Positions 38,741 to 52,777 are shown, counted from the first letter of the stretch. The stretch is DNA of 64,000 nucleotides from Catajapyx aquilonaris (GCA_000934665.2 KZ538697.1:1-64000); one strand, 5' to 3'. Translations and numbers: made by a program. The notes: generated from the sequence alone by a model not told the origin.

Positions 38741-41108
38741 TCCGAGGTTTGGATATACCTTCACCCCCTTTCCTAGACCTTCATTAATCCCCCACCCCCC
38801 ACCCTTTTGCTCCTTCTAGAATCTAGTCCCGCGGCGAATGAATTTTTATGACTAATGTTGATGCAAAGCATGATATACCCACAGAGAAGCTGCCACTCTG
38901 TTACTATGAATACAGTAAAATGTTGAAATGTCGTTGGCACTTTCATCTCTCGCCTTGTGGCCTTATTATCCCAACCAGATGGTGCTTCCGGGGACCTTTT
39001 TTTAACCAACCATTTTAACAAGCGGTTAGCTTGTTGATGTGGCACTTTTTGTACTGTTAACTCTTGAGAGGTAAGTTAAAAAATTTGGAAAACATGCCGG
39101 GATCAGACACTGGTGACTTTACGCCTCTATAAGTATTCTGACGTAAATCTCGGTGGTAAGATTAGGCACGTTACCGTCAGTGTTAGGTTTATTAAACCAG
39201 GGTTTAATATATTCATATTGCAGCAAAGTAGGGCCTACCACTGATGACGCGACTAGGCCTTATTTGTTGGACCTAACCATTTGTGTCTGAGAACCACTTA
39301 CACTGAAAATTCAAAAGTATGAGAGTACGAGATTTCGTACAGATTCGTATTTAACATGTATACATTTCTGATAATTGAGAAAAGTTATGATACCTTTAAA
39401 AGCAAAATGTGCATAAATGAACCTACTTGATTTGATGATTTTTCAAAGACGGTACTGTACGAGTACACTCTAGCCTACAGGATAATCAACAATAATTATA
39501 ATAATGTTACGCATCTTCACAAAATACACGGGTGTGTAATAATACGGTAGTACACTCTGAATTCAGCAGTATATGGGAAGTCCCAGATATTATTAAGGTC
39601 CATTTAATTGAACGGGAATTAAATAACGTGTATAATTTATACCGATTTAATCATTGCTCCATCAGAAAAAGGTTTTTATAAATCCGTCTCATCAAAAGTT
39701 AACATTTAAAAAGGTAACTTCGAAGTAACTGAAAAACTACAGGATGCTACCCCCTATCTCTCCTACCCCCTCCACCACCCCCGTGCTCCATTTCTTTTCC
39801 AGCATCCGGTTCCGCGGAACTTTCATGTATCCTGCACAGCCTGGATGGGATGGTCCTAGATGATACTTGAACAGAATTTCCCGATCGTGAGTCCGCCACA
39901 TGTCCTATAAACGCTCTACACTTGACCTCATAGGTCATTATTTTAACAAAGGAATGTAGCTGTGCATCGGTCCATTCACCATCGGCAACAACGTAAAGGT
40001 AAGTGAATGAAATCCTTGCATAATGTCACAATAACGCACATTACGTGCATAATTATTATTATATTGTGTTTTCTGTCTGCATCCGCAGTTCATTATTTAT
40101 GCATTGTTATCTTCAGGGAGAGGTAAAATGAAAATTATTGACAATTCTGCATAATTTAATTCACATCAAACTAGTGCGTAAAATGTCCAAAGCATCAATG
40201 TGTTCACATTAGGCATTCCGGAAATCCGTTCATTTAATGAATCTAAAAGTTCATCACCAATATGCATAAATTAATATACCGGTACGTATTTGTGGGACTA
40301 CTACAAAATAGATGATGTTATTGATATGACGAGCTATTGCACTCATTTAGAATGGCTCATTAGTGACTGGTTTTTGTGCAATATTGTGCGCTTTATAATT
40401 ATGTGAAGTGTGTCCAGAGTCGCATGCGTATACTGGACACTGGACTTGCATGCATGTGTGAATGCTTACAAGGACTACTATACCTATAAAGCTCAAGACG
40501 TTCAGCAAGGAGCCGTAAATCAGCATCCATGCTTGCAGGTCTGTGCCTTTGAATTTCTAGCTCAGTGGCCATATAAAGATATAATAGTCTTACTCCAGTA
40601 TCAGGCTGTCGTGGATGTTTCCTCAGGTAATGGCACATTTTTGTGGAGGAATGGCGTCTCAAGTAGCATGTGCGTCCGTCTCGCTTTGACCAGTGTAGTA
40701 TCACTGATTTCCTGAAGCACATTACACTGCAAAAGCAGGTGCGCAATATCTTAGATTGATTATTCAAACGGTTCGTACAGTATGCACTTGTAATATACCT
40801 GTGAAGGGCTCTGAAATTGAGGCGCCTTATTCTCGATTTCCTGGAAGTCTCATAGCATCTCGTATACACCAATTATTATTGATCCGTAAAGCAAAAGTTC
40901 TTTTCCAATTCTCAGCAAATATCAACGCTACTGTGACATTTCGAGAAACACCTGAATAGGAAAAGTCTGACAAAAGGGATCGTCGTCAATTTGTACTAAA
41001 GGTCTAGCGGAAGCCATTTTTAAGTAGCTTTTTCACCCAAACCAACAGTTGAGTGGAAATCCACCTACACTATTTTAATTAATCAATTGAATGTGTACAA
41101 CTGTAACA

Positions 41109-41188
41109 TATAGGATGACTGATTGCCCAAGTTCTCATTACTATACCTAGTGAACTGTGATCTTGGGCAACTTATGCACCACCCTGTA
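41109..41188. mobile_element. Degenerate short hairpin MITE remnant
   Basis: ttgcccaag (41123-41131) / cttgggcaa (41162-41170) inverted pair, with a Tc1-like right end caccaccctgTA. Confidence 0.45.
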
Positions 41189-43024
41189 TAGTCTTTCATG
41201 TCTTGAGAGTTACCTAACAACCCGCCGAGTGGGAAGACGGTGGGAAAGCATGACCATTAATCTCATTGACCAAACTCTGCAACAGTTGGGTTCAGAGATT
41301 AAATGTCTGCCATTCAGTATTCACCAAGTATAACCTTCACAGCGTGTGCTCTGTAAGGGTTATTCAGAGAGTAAATGGAGGGAGGCCGCGTGTGGAGTGA
41401 ATACGATCAAACTCTAGATTTCCTGATCTTCCTTTCTCCTCAAAGAGGAACTTCAAATACCCATATTACATAACCTTGAAACCCAATGGTCGCATTATTG
41501 ATAAAGTTGTTTCTTCTCGCGCACTCAAACCTCGTTTCACTCGAAAAAATATTTATCATTACTTTGTGATTAATCTTTCTGATTAGAACATGCACGTCAC
41601 TGGCTTTATTTCAAGCCAGAATCAAGATATGATCTCCATGGACTGTTACTGTAATTTCCAACATTCAGGTTGCAATGTGCTTTATTTGATGAATCCAATT
41701 AAATGGGACCATGAAAGATGCTTTGATTCAAATTCCGCAGATTATGATGAGCGCTTTGCAAGTAATAAGGGGCCGATGAGTTATAGCAGAATGCTGTTTC
41801 AATGTAATTGTAATATAACCATCCACTCATGCTTCAGAAATCACTGAATATTTGACCTTTAGAGCGTGTTTGTATTGGCACGATTGTTGCCCATGCATTA
41901 AAAAATGGCATTGTATTACAGTGTGGTGTAAAGTCCACACTCTGCCTTTAGTTTATACCTGACTCTGTATTCCAGTCCCCTTTAATATCAGAACCTGCCA
42001 GTCTCCAATACTAAACTTATAATCCCCTCCCTCATCCCTAATATACACTGCGCAGCATTTCGCAAAATTGTTCCACTTTTGTTTCCGTTATAGACCCCGG
42101 CTCTCCTGCGACTATGATTACAGCCGCACCTAATTTAACATCATGCGTCAGCATTAAATGAGCGTCCAGACCAGACTTTCGAGAATTAGTGGAGCTTTCA
42201 AATCGTCGGAAAATGGGAGGGCAGCAACCCTCCCCCCCAAAAAAGAGGAGGAAAAAACGACGAGTGTAGTGAGCTGGCAGACCTCTCAGAAAATCCGCTT
42301 GCAAGGAAAAGCTAGTAGTCCGAGTGGTCTTCCTCCGGCCACGAAAGAAAGCGAAAAACACGTATTGATAGAGGCGTAATTCTTCTCGGAAGGCTTATTA
42401 TTGACCAGGACGTCCTGCTTTTCCCGGGGTCTAATACGAGATTTCCTTGCCATTGGGAAACCCTGGCGCAGGAAACCGATTTATAAGCCTGGAATGGACA
42501 ACCTCGTCTTCTCCTCTTCCTTCTCAGGCAGAGCGGATGCTCGGTATTAAGGCCTTTTACGTCACAAGGTTCATCCGCTGCTTCATCCAAGGAGAGAAAA
42601 TGAAGCTGCCTTCCTCTCTTATGTCTCAGACTTGATGAGAAATCTGAATTGCCGCTAATCTACCGCATGTGGTTACGCGCATATTGGCTCAAGCCTAATG
42701 ATCCCATTCAACAAGCCTCTTTTAACCCAAATGCCAGAATTATTTTTCGCTCAATTTTTTTTTTTTTTACATATATACACTTATAAAAGTGGAAGTTTGT
42801 ACAGCATATCTATGTATGTTCTGGCTACCTAACCCACTTCCACACCTCTGAGAGTACTGAAATTTTGCTCACTGATGTCTTATGTGCCAATGATTAAGGG
42901 AAAAGTCCCAAAAATCTGAACTTTTTTAAAAGTTTAAACACCCAAAATCTAGACTTTTTATTTGTTTGGTTTGGTGTTTCAGGCACTTCTTAGCTTTTAC
43001 AAACTTCTCTCATTTTATCAATCC

Positions 43025-43053
43025 CCGTGCGAAGAACGGGTCCACTGCTTGTA
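43025..43053. mobile_element. Helitron/Helentron-like terminal motif (copy 1)
   Basis: ccgtgcgaagaacgggtc (43025-43042) is the exact reverse complement of 58154-58171. It forms a short GC hairpin followed by ctgcttgta, similar to non-autonomous rolling-circle element ends. Confidence 0.45.
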
Positions 43054-44138
43054 TTTTATAAACAAATGGCTAACACAATAGGGGATAATCTAACCGTTGC
43101 GCAGGAAGCTAGGCATATTATGAACATACTGCGTAGATCAAAGTTATTAAATATTAAAATGTGCATTAGTGTGGGCACTGATTTACCTGTCCCCAAGATA
43201 GCCAGCGATTGCAGATAATTTCTCATATGCTGGAGTGATTAATTACTGAGGGTGGGAAGAGGTGGGTGGTAGTTAGCATGAAAAATGGGGAGGATGACCG
43301 GGACTGCGGTGTGTCAAAAGAGTAGGAGGGGAAAAAGTATAGAAGTGCGTGAGTGGTAGATGGGGCCTGACAACTTCCGTTTGACGATAGGAAATCAATG
43401 CCAACAGGGCATGAATCCCAGAGGAATTCATTGTGGAGTGGCCCCCGTCGTCAAAGTTGCATTAGCTGCTTCTCTTTCCAACCCCACACATTTTTTCCCC
43501 CTCCTCCTCCTCCTTTTGGCAGATTGACTGCTCCCTAATGACGTCTCTTGTTGGTTTAAATTGTTTCCTGGGAGGTGCTACAATGATGGCCAATAGCTTC
43601 CAAAATGCGAATTGAAATGCTGATAAATTATTGGCGTCGTAATGGCAGTGATGGTCGGGTTTATTGCCATGTGGGTATACTCCAGATGGGTGATAATAGT
43701 AGCATCAAACAGTCGCGGTTTACAGGTGTCGCTGAGAGCTTAATTGCAGGCTATCACATTTTGCGGGGAAGGACATCGCTCTCTTTTTTTTTGATCTATT
43801 GCCGTCCGTTTGGAAAATAATAAAAAATTGCTCGATCGGAAGCGAGGGGCCCTGGGCGTCTCTAATTGAGTTTGGACTGGGATTGATTTTAATGGCACCT
43901 ACCATGGAAGCAGGGAAGCCCTCTAGTCCATCCATTGTCGCCCCCATAAAAAAAAGTACCCTTCCCTCTCTCAAATGACCAGCACCTGACCACCTCACAA
44001 TTATTATTCACACCCCCATGCACACCGGACTTCAAAAACCCTGCAATAAGCAACATAACCCAATAATAGCTGTTACAATAGTAGTTCTAGTTATGGCAGT
44101 TATTAGATAGCTACATATCTAACTGTAACAGACTAACA

Positions 44139-44319
44139 GTTATATAATATTATTTTAAAAGTCATATAATATATTATTTTAAAATAGTCATATAATATAT
44201 TATTTTAAAATAGTCATATAATATATTATTTTAAAATAGTCATATAATATATTATTTTAAAATAGTCATATAATATATTATTTTAAAATAGTCATATAAT
44301 ATATTATTTTAAAATAGTC
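44139..44319. repeat. 26-bp AT-rich tandem repeat, 6 identical full copies plus a partial copy
   Basis: Unit gtcatataatatattattttaaaata starts at 44161, 44187, 44213, 44239, 44265 and 44291. Confidence 0.95.
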
Positions 44320-44403
44320 CTAGTAGTGAATATCATTTATGGCTATGAATAATTAATAGGTATGGCAATGAATCGCAATGAATATAATCGGTACATAGCT
44401 GCA

Positions 44404-44659
44404 GGGCGGCATGCTGTTGGCGTAGTGGCTTATATCGCCACAGCGTGTCTTACACTATATCTGAGGTCCTGAGTTCGATCCCCGGACCGTTAATTTGGAT
44501 GCTTGTGTTCTCTCCGTATTCGACGGCTGGGTTATTCTCGGGGACCTCCCGTTTCCTCCCACAATCAAAATCGATCACAGCATCAAGGCAATGATTATAA
44601 AGACGATTTATCAGATGATCCCATAAATAAAGGACCAGAAGGAGGCTATCACAGTGTAT

Positions 44660-44660
<1 letters not shown>
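44404..44660 (+). mobile_element. tRNA-derived SINE with V-domain-like core
   Basis: Pol III A box tggcgtagtgg (44418-44428) and B box gagttcgatccc (44471-44482). These are followed by tgtgttctctccgt...gggttattctcggggacctcccgtttcctcccacaatcaaaa, resembling the V-SINE conserved core. A simple-repeat tail follows. Confidence 0.7.
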
Positions 44661-44780
<120 letters not shown>

Positions 44781-44862
44781 TACAGTACATACAGCTCTAG
44801 CCACATGGTTATAATATTATAGTTACAGCTATAACAGTTTTGTAGTTATGTTTTATAATGTT

Positions 44863-44923
44863 GAAGATGTTGCAAACTTGGGCGATGGATGATTAAATCA
44901 TCGCCCAAGTTTGCAACATCTTC
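44863..44923. repeat. Perfect 25-bp inverted repeat with 11-nt loop
   Basis: gaagatgttgcaaacttgggcgatg (44863-44887) / catcgcccaagtttgcaacatcttc (44899-44923). Confidence 0.92.
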
Positions 44924-44944
44924 GATGGCTCGACCTTTGCCTTG

Positions 44945-45064
44945 CTTCCTGCACTGTATGCACGGCGTCATACAAGGGTGCGGTTGCATACAAGCCAGGA
45001 TATGTTGATCCTGGCTTGTATGCAACCGCACCCTTGTACGACGGCGTGCATACAGAGCAGGAAG
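44945..45064. repeat. 57-bp inverted repeat (3 mismatches, 6-nt loop) containing a TA-flanked MITE-like core
   Basis: Arms 44945-45001 and 45008-45064. Core TA-caagggtgcggttgcatacaagccagg...cctggcttgtatgcaaccgcacccttg-TA. A related single arm lies at 51992-52020. Confidence 0.9.
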
Positions 45065-45069
45065 AGCAA

Positions 45070-45615
45070 ACTAGGGTTGCCTTCTTCTCCGGCCATCTTT
45101 CCATCAGCTAAGCACCTGCTTCCACCTGTTGTGAGATCCGGCAACCACGTCCCCCTCCGCTCCCTCCGCTCCCCTCCCTTCAGTTCAGAGGGTGATCAGG
45201 CCTCGCTTTCCGAACCCTCCGCCGTTCCAACCTAGTCCCCCGCCGACTCTCCCCCCCCTCCTCCCCTTTGACACACAACCAACCGGGGCACCAACAAACC
45301 CAGGGGCCGCCCCTCCCAGTGCCCGCCCCTGTGTCTGCCCCCCCACCGAGCAGTGCTGTGTGCCTAAGAGAGAGAGGGTTTGTTTTGAGTGCCGAGGATG
45401 AGTCCGCGTCGGTGTCCTCCGAGCGATGGGCATCGGTAGGGTCGTCGTGGTCGTCGCAGCAGAGGGAAGGAGGAGCAGCAGCAGCGGCGGTTGTGATGCG
45501 AGGGGCGACGACTTATGCCCCCCGTCGCCATAGACACGGGGCCGCCTCCTCCTCCTCCTCCCAACCACACCACCACGTCGTCGTCGTCGCCACAACAACC
45601 AAGGCTGGCTGGCAG
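45070..45615 (+). other. CpG-rich island and probable first exon of a second, unidentified gene
   Basis: Sharp rise in GC and CpG content ending at a donor-like CAG|GTGAGA (GT at 45616), followed by AT-rich intron-like DNA. Candidate ATGs at 45496 (MRGATTYAPRRHRH..., phase 0) and 45515 (MPPVAIDTGPPPPPPP..., phase 2). No recognisable domain. Confidence 0.45.
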
Positions 45616-47666
45616 GTGAGAAGCACGAGGAAAGGGGCGAGAGATGATGGACACTAAAATAGAACACCATTGGGGAGGGTCATGCAATCACAAGTGACAC
45701 AAGCAATAAACAGTAGGCCTAGGGCATCATCGCTTTTATTGAACTAATCAATTGCGCTTAGACGTAAACAGAAGCCCTAGAAAGGAAAAATAAAATTCCG
45801 TGGGTGGTCGGAGGCGGAAAGCCCACTGGAGTTTTCTGGAGACTGCTTTAGAACTTTCCGTTAGTCTGGAGCCCCCCGCCTGATGTACGTGGGTAATGGT
45901 AAAGGCGGAATAATAGGCTGATGAAGTACACCTCTGCGGGGTCAGGCGGAGGAGTTTTTTTCACATGGAAAATTGTCGATGGGGGTCTCGTGTTTCAGTG
46001 GCTTCCTTCAGGTTTTCCTGTTTATTCTCGCAACCGAAATCCGCTCCCATGTTTATATGAAAGGTTCGCGTATGAAATGAAAGATGATCCCTAAGAGCCC
46101 GTAGGCCTATTGCCGGGTAACCTATAAGAATAAACTAACGTTGTGTTCAGTCTTAGCTGCGACAACTCAAGCTCACCATTTTGTCATTTCTAGATATTAG
46201 TGTTTCAAGTTTTTTGTTTACATTATCGTATATGTCAATGTGGCCAAAACACAGTTACGTGCTTTGTACCAAAAGGCATAGTTTACAAATAGGAGTTTAA
46301 TGGTGCATTTATCTCCATTTACATCATTTTCGAAGATACAGGGTTTTCGCTTGGGCCGTCAGAGCTGAGGGGAAACCTACAGAGAAGGGTATGCCTTCAG
46401 AATTGTTACACGTTAGGTGAGGAGGCGTTTGATTTTACGAATAGCTAGAAGAGCTACTACCTGTGGTTGACCTGAGCAGCCATTGAAGTGAGGCGTGCAA
46501 GTAATTAGGGCTTTGTGGCGTTCCCTGCTGTATATTCATTTCTGCATAATTGCTCTACTCACAAGCCCTTGCATTGGTCATTGTTGTTATACTGAAACCA
46601 GTACAATGTACAGCAAATATACGTATGAAAGTTATAATAGTTCCAACAGCAGTAGACATGGTTAAAATTGGACAATAGTAGAAGAGTAGGCTGCTTTAAT
46701 ATTTCTGCTCAAAAAGAAAATTCTGCAGTGAGCTTTCATTTTCATTTGAGACACTTGCATTAATGTTTTTGGACAGCAAACACAGGATGCCATTTTAGGT
46801 GCGTCGAGGTAACTTCTGCCTTACTACTGTTGGTAGGACAACATTTATTGGGTGATTCATAGTAATCATAATCATAGTAATTCATATTCGCGCGATTAAT
46901 ATTGCCAATCTCTTGATGTTAATTGGCCGTTTACTGTAGTTATAGGCGTAAACTTGGAAGCCTTTTGCTTGTGCTGCTCTAATTTTTATGTTATGCTTGA
47001 GAAAAACCTGTTCCTTGCTTCTCTATACCACCGCATGCTTCAATTTTCAAGTTTTGTAACTGCATACCTTATGGTATTGTAGTACGTAGTGTGTAGTTGT
47101 ATCAAACTGATATTGTGAGTAATTAGCAGCTCTAATTGTGCTCATGCCTTGGTTAGAATAAGTTTCTCCAGATGCATTTCTTATTTCCTACGTAAAAATG
47201 TAAAACAGTGTTGTCATCACAATCTCAATGGTTAATTGTAACATGCTTCTTTGTCCCTGCAAGGTAGGTTGAATGTGTTTTAACGTATTGCAGAAAATGG
47301 GTGGAAACTTGTTGCTCTGATGTCAGATCTTATTGCATGACAACGTTTGAGGCAGCACAGTGCATTTTTTTTCTTGGATCAGTGAGCATTTAGTATTAAT
47401 TTTAGATTCTGAGAATGATTTCTTCCTATAGTTGCAATACGCATATTCACGGCCCAAGATCCAGGCATTATTACCCCGGACATTGCAACATGAAGGTGTG
47501 AAACTTGGTTGACTATAGCTGGTAGAGTGGATGGGGTGCCGTATCGCCTATTTATCCTCTTCTCAGAAGAAGTATTATAATTTCCATGCCTTCCTTACAA
47601 CAGCATGCTAGTTTAGTCATTGAGTATGCATTTTGTTTGTGCCATCATGCTGTAATAGGCTAGGTA

Positions 47667-48381
47667 CAGTGAAACCTGCCCATAACCCTGGGTATAGCGG
47701 AAACCTGTCCATTGCAGAATTCTTTCCGGGAATGGGCACATGCATAGGGCATGCAATGTATTTTTTGACGGATATAACGGAACCTGCCCAATGCGGAAAC
47801 GGAAGGGATTTTTGTCTCCCTTCAAAGAAAATCCCTGTTCATAACGGAAATCAAAAGGCTCACATTATTTCCTACGGGTCACAAAAATGAAAACTACAGC
47901 TGAGTTCCCTATCGGCCCTCCCAGAAGGCCTCTGAGTAATCCTTTTTGGACTGCCTGCGTGTCTCATAATTGCTACCGGCCCGTGGCCTTTAATATGAAG
48001 GGTCCTGAGGAAAGGGGAATATTTTTGGTTGGGCAACTCACAAAACCGTTTGTGGGATGGGTCAAGAAGATGTGTCTCATGTGATTCGTAGATGCCTTTT
48101 AGTCCACGGTTGAGTCCAGTTTTAAAATGTCGGGGAAGAGGAAGTGGGTTGACATGGGTTCAACATATTGCCCGAGTCCAGGCGGTGGTCGAATGAAGCA
48201 GGCAAAATTATGATTTTGCACCATATTGACGTAAGGTGCTTATTTTTGCTCTCCTTATTTTCCTCTCTTTTTCACAGGCAAAAATAATTAGTACCGTCCT
48301 TGATCTGGTTATAGCGGAAACCTGTCCATAATGGAAAATTTTTGAGGTCCCTTGCGATTCCGCTATACACAGGTTTCACTG
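47667..48381. mobile_element. Non-autonomous Tc1/mariner-superfamily (pogo/Tigger-like) element, 715 bp
   Basis: TA|cagtgaaacctg ... caggtttcactg|TA: 12-bp TIRs with TA duplication. Subterminal direct repeat tatagcggaaacctgtccat at 47693-47712 and 48310-48329. No transposase ORF. Confidence 0.85.
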
Positions 48382-50993
48382 TATTTTTATTTATTGTCTT
48401 ACAGAATTGAATGTTGTGTATTGCAGGTATCAGTGACTGGTACTGTGTAGTGACACATGAGGGAAATTCTGCTTTTCATGTGTCTTTATGTCTAATGTTA
48501 TTTTGCAAAGCATGTAGCAGCTGAAAGAAAAATCTCAGGTAGCAGAAGATCATAATGGTTTTACTTTTCCAGTTCATTGCTGAGAAAACACATGTCGCTT
48601 CCAATTATACTACTTCCTGATTTCCTTCACTTCACAAATTCCATCTAGCTTGATAATGCTTCTGGCTGACATTGATCAGTGGTTGTGTATACAGCACACT
48701 AGTGAGGCATGAGAGCCCTCCAGGTGGCTTGCAAACTTATCAGAAATTCAAATTCTTTATTGTAGTTTTACTGACAAGCAGCAGTTTGCTTGTGGGGTAA
48801 GTGGCCGTAGTGGGCTGCAGGATATTCTGCTCCTCCACAAGTAGCAACCGTAAAAGGATAATTGGGAACACCGTTGTAGATAAATAAATTCACTGAAACT
48901 GATTGTCATAGGCAGCAGTTGTTCGTAGTTTTCATAGAATGACTATTCATTTGCTTCATTGCTTTGTAATTGTTATGTTCATCATTGTGAATGGGATTTT
49001 ATTTTATTAGTTATATTTTATTCCATCATTTCATGACATTGGCATTATCTTACAAATAATCAGTTAAATCACATTCCTTAGTCTGATATTACGTTGAAGT
49101 GCACTGGTATATTTGTGAACCTCTCCGTGAATTGCACTGCACATATATTTAGTTTCTTTGATAATTGCAATGATATCAATTTAACTTGTCTCAAGCAACA
49201 GTCCTGTGTTCTGCGTAGTGTGAAATTAATTTTATATGGTTTTCAAGTTGTCTTGGAATGCATCTACAAAATTTCCCCTGCCTTGGAAGTATATATCATT
49301 GGACAGGAAAATTATGTCATTTATCTAATGCCTCAGACTGTTCAAATGTATGCTGTGGCTTTACATTTCCTTAAGTGAAATTTCATTATCAGGACATATG
49401 TGATGCTGTTGCTTTAAGTTATGATTTGCTGTATATGCTTTCTTATTATTGTGAAATTCCAGTATTAATTTGATTTTCATTTCAGTTTATTTGTGGAGTA
49501 GTCTTCTCTGCCTGTTGTCACCCAAGTGATTTGCACCATTTATGCTTCTTGAGTTTGGAGTTTGTGTTGGGGCACATTTATTTATTAGTGCTTTTATAAT
49601 TTGCTTGTGTTTTACTTGCGTTTAATAAATGTTTTGTTTCGTACTCCGTCTTTTTATTTGAATTATTTCTACATATCGAATCTTATTGCACACATCATTT
49701 ATGTTGTAAGTTTTTATTGCTGGTATTTAAAAGGGGGACAAATTCAAAAAGTTCAGTTCGTAATATTGCACATTTTCATTACTACACATTCCTGAGATAT
49801 TGGTGTTAAAATCAAAAAATGTAAATTACACTTCTAAAGAGCATATTTTTCGAGTAACTCAATAACAGGCCATAGCATTGTCATGTTTCAGTAAAGATTT
49901 TATCAGATTTCAATGAGGCAAGCTTCAGAACTACTAGTGCTTCATTGTCACTCTCTGCATAATTATTGCAAGTTCAGTTGGTTTCATGAAATTGTTGGCT
50001 TATTTGTGCCATTTTTTAAAAACAATCTTGGGAATTCTTTAGCATAACAAGAGCTTATTGTGTGATTCAGGGAGTTGCAGTTTGCTTCCCTGGTGAGAAT
50101 CTTAGACGGGGATAGTCGCCTCCTAGAAGAAGCTGCCAATTGGTGATGCCTATTGGTTTACAAACCTGGGTGAGTAAAGCTTTATTTCGTCAAAAAGGGT
50201 CGTTTGGGAACGTAGCTGCAAGTGACACAGTGATCCAGTTGTTTGAACGCCCAGCAAAGTCTCTCTGAATTATGTACAAGTATGTAATTTTAGTTAACAC
50301 ACTTGCATAGTACGTTAATTTTGCAACTCGCAGCCATGTTCCCACTCAGCCACAGAAACTAATGGGTCCTGAGAGTCCCCCAGAAAATTGCTGTAAATAT
50401 CAAGGGGACAAACGAGCCTTCATTGAGAAGGTCACAACAACTCAGACAATGACAATAACAAGCACAGACGTGTAATTGCTTTCTTTAATTATTTTTTCTC
50501 TCTTGTATTTTCGACTTGTAAGTAGTTATTCGCCCTGGGAAGCGGTCTGAGAAGTTTCTTAATCAGTGATTACTTGGGGTCCCCCTGTGGTACGTACAGG
50601 TTAGTTGCCGCCTAATTATAAGACCGCCTGGGCGTGCATCTCATTAAACAGGTCTATGTGGTGAAAAATGAAATCCAGGAGCCTCCCTAGAAATGCTGAT
50701 GAACTTGGCCATCAGAGCATCCCCAAGACTTTATATTTTTCTCTCTCTCTCTCTCTCTCGCTCTCCCGCTATTCAGACTGTTGATGACTTAGGGGTCTTG
50801 AGGATTTGAATATATGGGAGTCGAAGATGGAACTGCCCTAGGGTTTTGAAGGGACGGACCTAAATGTCACCGGCAAATGAGAATTGCTGCCCTTCAGCGC
50901 ATATGCATCAGAAAATGCAGAGCTGAAATTGATCGGTTTATATTAATTAGTGGAAAGTTTTAGCACGCCGATATTTTGGTGATTTTAGTACCG

Positions 50994-50999
<6 letters not shown>

Positions 51000-51038
<39 letters not shown>
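51000..51038. repeat. (GA)n microsatellite
   Basis: Uninterrupted GA run seen directly. Confidence 0.95.
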
Positions 51039-51044
<6 letters not shown>

Positions 51045-51991
51045 TGCAGTCGATTTCATTTGCACCTATGAGCCATGTTTTATGTCGCTTTCAGGCGGCG
51101 ATGCTAATTTTTACTGCATGGTGTTTATATGATGTAAAGGGGTAGCACCGGCTCGTTTGCGGTTGGAACAAGAGGCGCCGTAATTTGAATGGTTTCGTTA
51201 GCCTCAGCTCCTTTCAGGCACACCTGTCTGTTAAAGAATGACCCTGTCGCAAAAGCGACGGCTTTGCTTTGATGATTGATCTATAGGAATACAAAATTTT
51301 GTGGGCGTTGAGAGACCGCATTTTGAAGCTGCAAGGCTTCCAACCCCAGAGGCGATGGCGAAAAGGTTCGTTGGCATAAAGTCTTGCCCACGGTTTTTTT
51401 TTCTGGTGTACTTATGAATGGGAGAAAAAAGCGCAATCTGAAAAAAAATTAATCTTCGATCAACTTTGACGTGTGAGTGACGGTGTGCGTGAGAGGTATT
51501 TGTGACGCACTGTGATTGAACAACTGGGTGAAATTGCGGCTAATATCTCGGCACGGTTTTGACAGAGACTGTTTCCACAATTGCATTGGAGTTGGGTGGG
51601 GTGGGACTGTCGGACAATTTTGAAAACGCCAAATCCTTTTTTTTTCACCCCCCACCCACTCACCCACCCCCGGTTCAGAGTGAATGTCACTCGAAATTAC
51701 TCTAATTGATGTAGATTGTACAAAACCACCGGGGAGGGTAGTGAACTGCAGCGGTGTTGACTCAATGTATATAAAGTACCTGCACGCTCAGTTCACAAAT
51801 TTGGGTCTGGTCCCCCCCGAAATGAAAGTTACACTGCCCTTTGCTAAAAATGTGGGAGGAGGCTGAAAAATGATGATCTCGCCGAATAGAGAGGACAGCT
51901 CCATTTCACACTTTCCTCGATGTGAAGAACTGGCAGACCTGATGCAGTACTGTATACATTGTATTGCGCCTGCAGGTTATGTTACCGGTGA

Positions 51992-52020
51992 TACAAAGGT
52001 GCGGTTGCATACAAACCAGG
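51992..52020. mobile_element. Solo TIR related to the 44945-45064 palindrome
   Basis: tacaaaggtgcggttgcatacaaaccagg differs at 2 positions from tacaagggtgcggttgcatacaagccagg (44971-44999). Confidence 0.7.
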
Positions 52021-52777
52021 CTGATTTCTCTTGGACAATAATTTTAACATCGAGTGACATACGTTGCATTCAGAGTCACTTAAAACCCAATGAATATTCT
52101 TGTGCCGGAGTCGTTTATTATTCGTTTTCCAACAACTTCCGGCATATGTAGAAATCGTCCGGCTGCATAATCGATCGATTTTTGTGCTAATCTGGCACAA
52201 ATCCCACAGGGCTATTTAATTACACTTCGACATGGACAACAATTGCCCCCGAGGATAATTTTCAATCATGCCATGGATAATTGCATTGGGAAAAGGCTTA
52301 CTTTCCATCTCGGTGGCCATTATTCACCGCCTGATGAAGTTGTTGACATTTTATTACCTCTCCGTCGGGTTTCCATTGTGGGATATCATTCGTTGCTCTC
52401 GCAGCAGCGATACATTTGGCTTCAACTGCGTAATTGATATTGCGTAACGTGAGGAAACTTTTCTTTTCCAGAAGTGTCGGGAAGTTGTAAGGTGTAAGTG
52501 GCGCGTGTTACTCTGGAACTTCCTGTAGAAAGTTTCTTGAAACTGATCTTATTACACATTCTGAGAATAGGGACTAGAAATGTATACGGCTGATCATATT
52601 AGATTGCATAAGAAGCTTCCGGTCAGGCCTTGAAATGTGATTTTATTTGCGCAGATATTGGCAATGACCCACTTGGAACGATGGTCGCAGATCTGGAAAC
52701 GTCAGACTTGACCCGAAATGGGCAACATAGATTAATCATTTCGGCCTAATATGCCGTCACTGCGCTTAATGAAACAA

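Noticed and set aside
44139..44319. CRISPR-like array
   Set aside because: Units are directly adjacent with no unique spacers, there are no cas genes, and the context is eukaryotic.
44404..44490. Possible tRNA gene
   Set aside because: A and B boxes are present, but I could not form a cloverleaf or acceptor stem. It continues into a SINE-like body.
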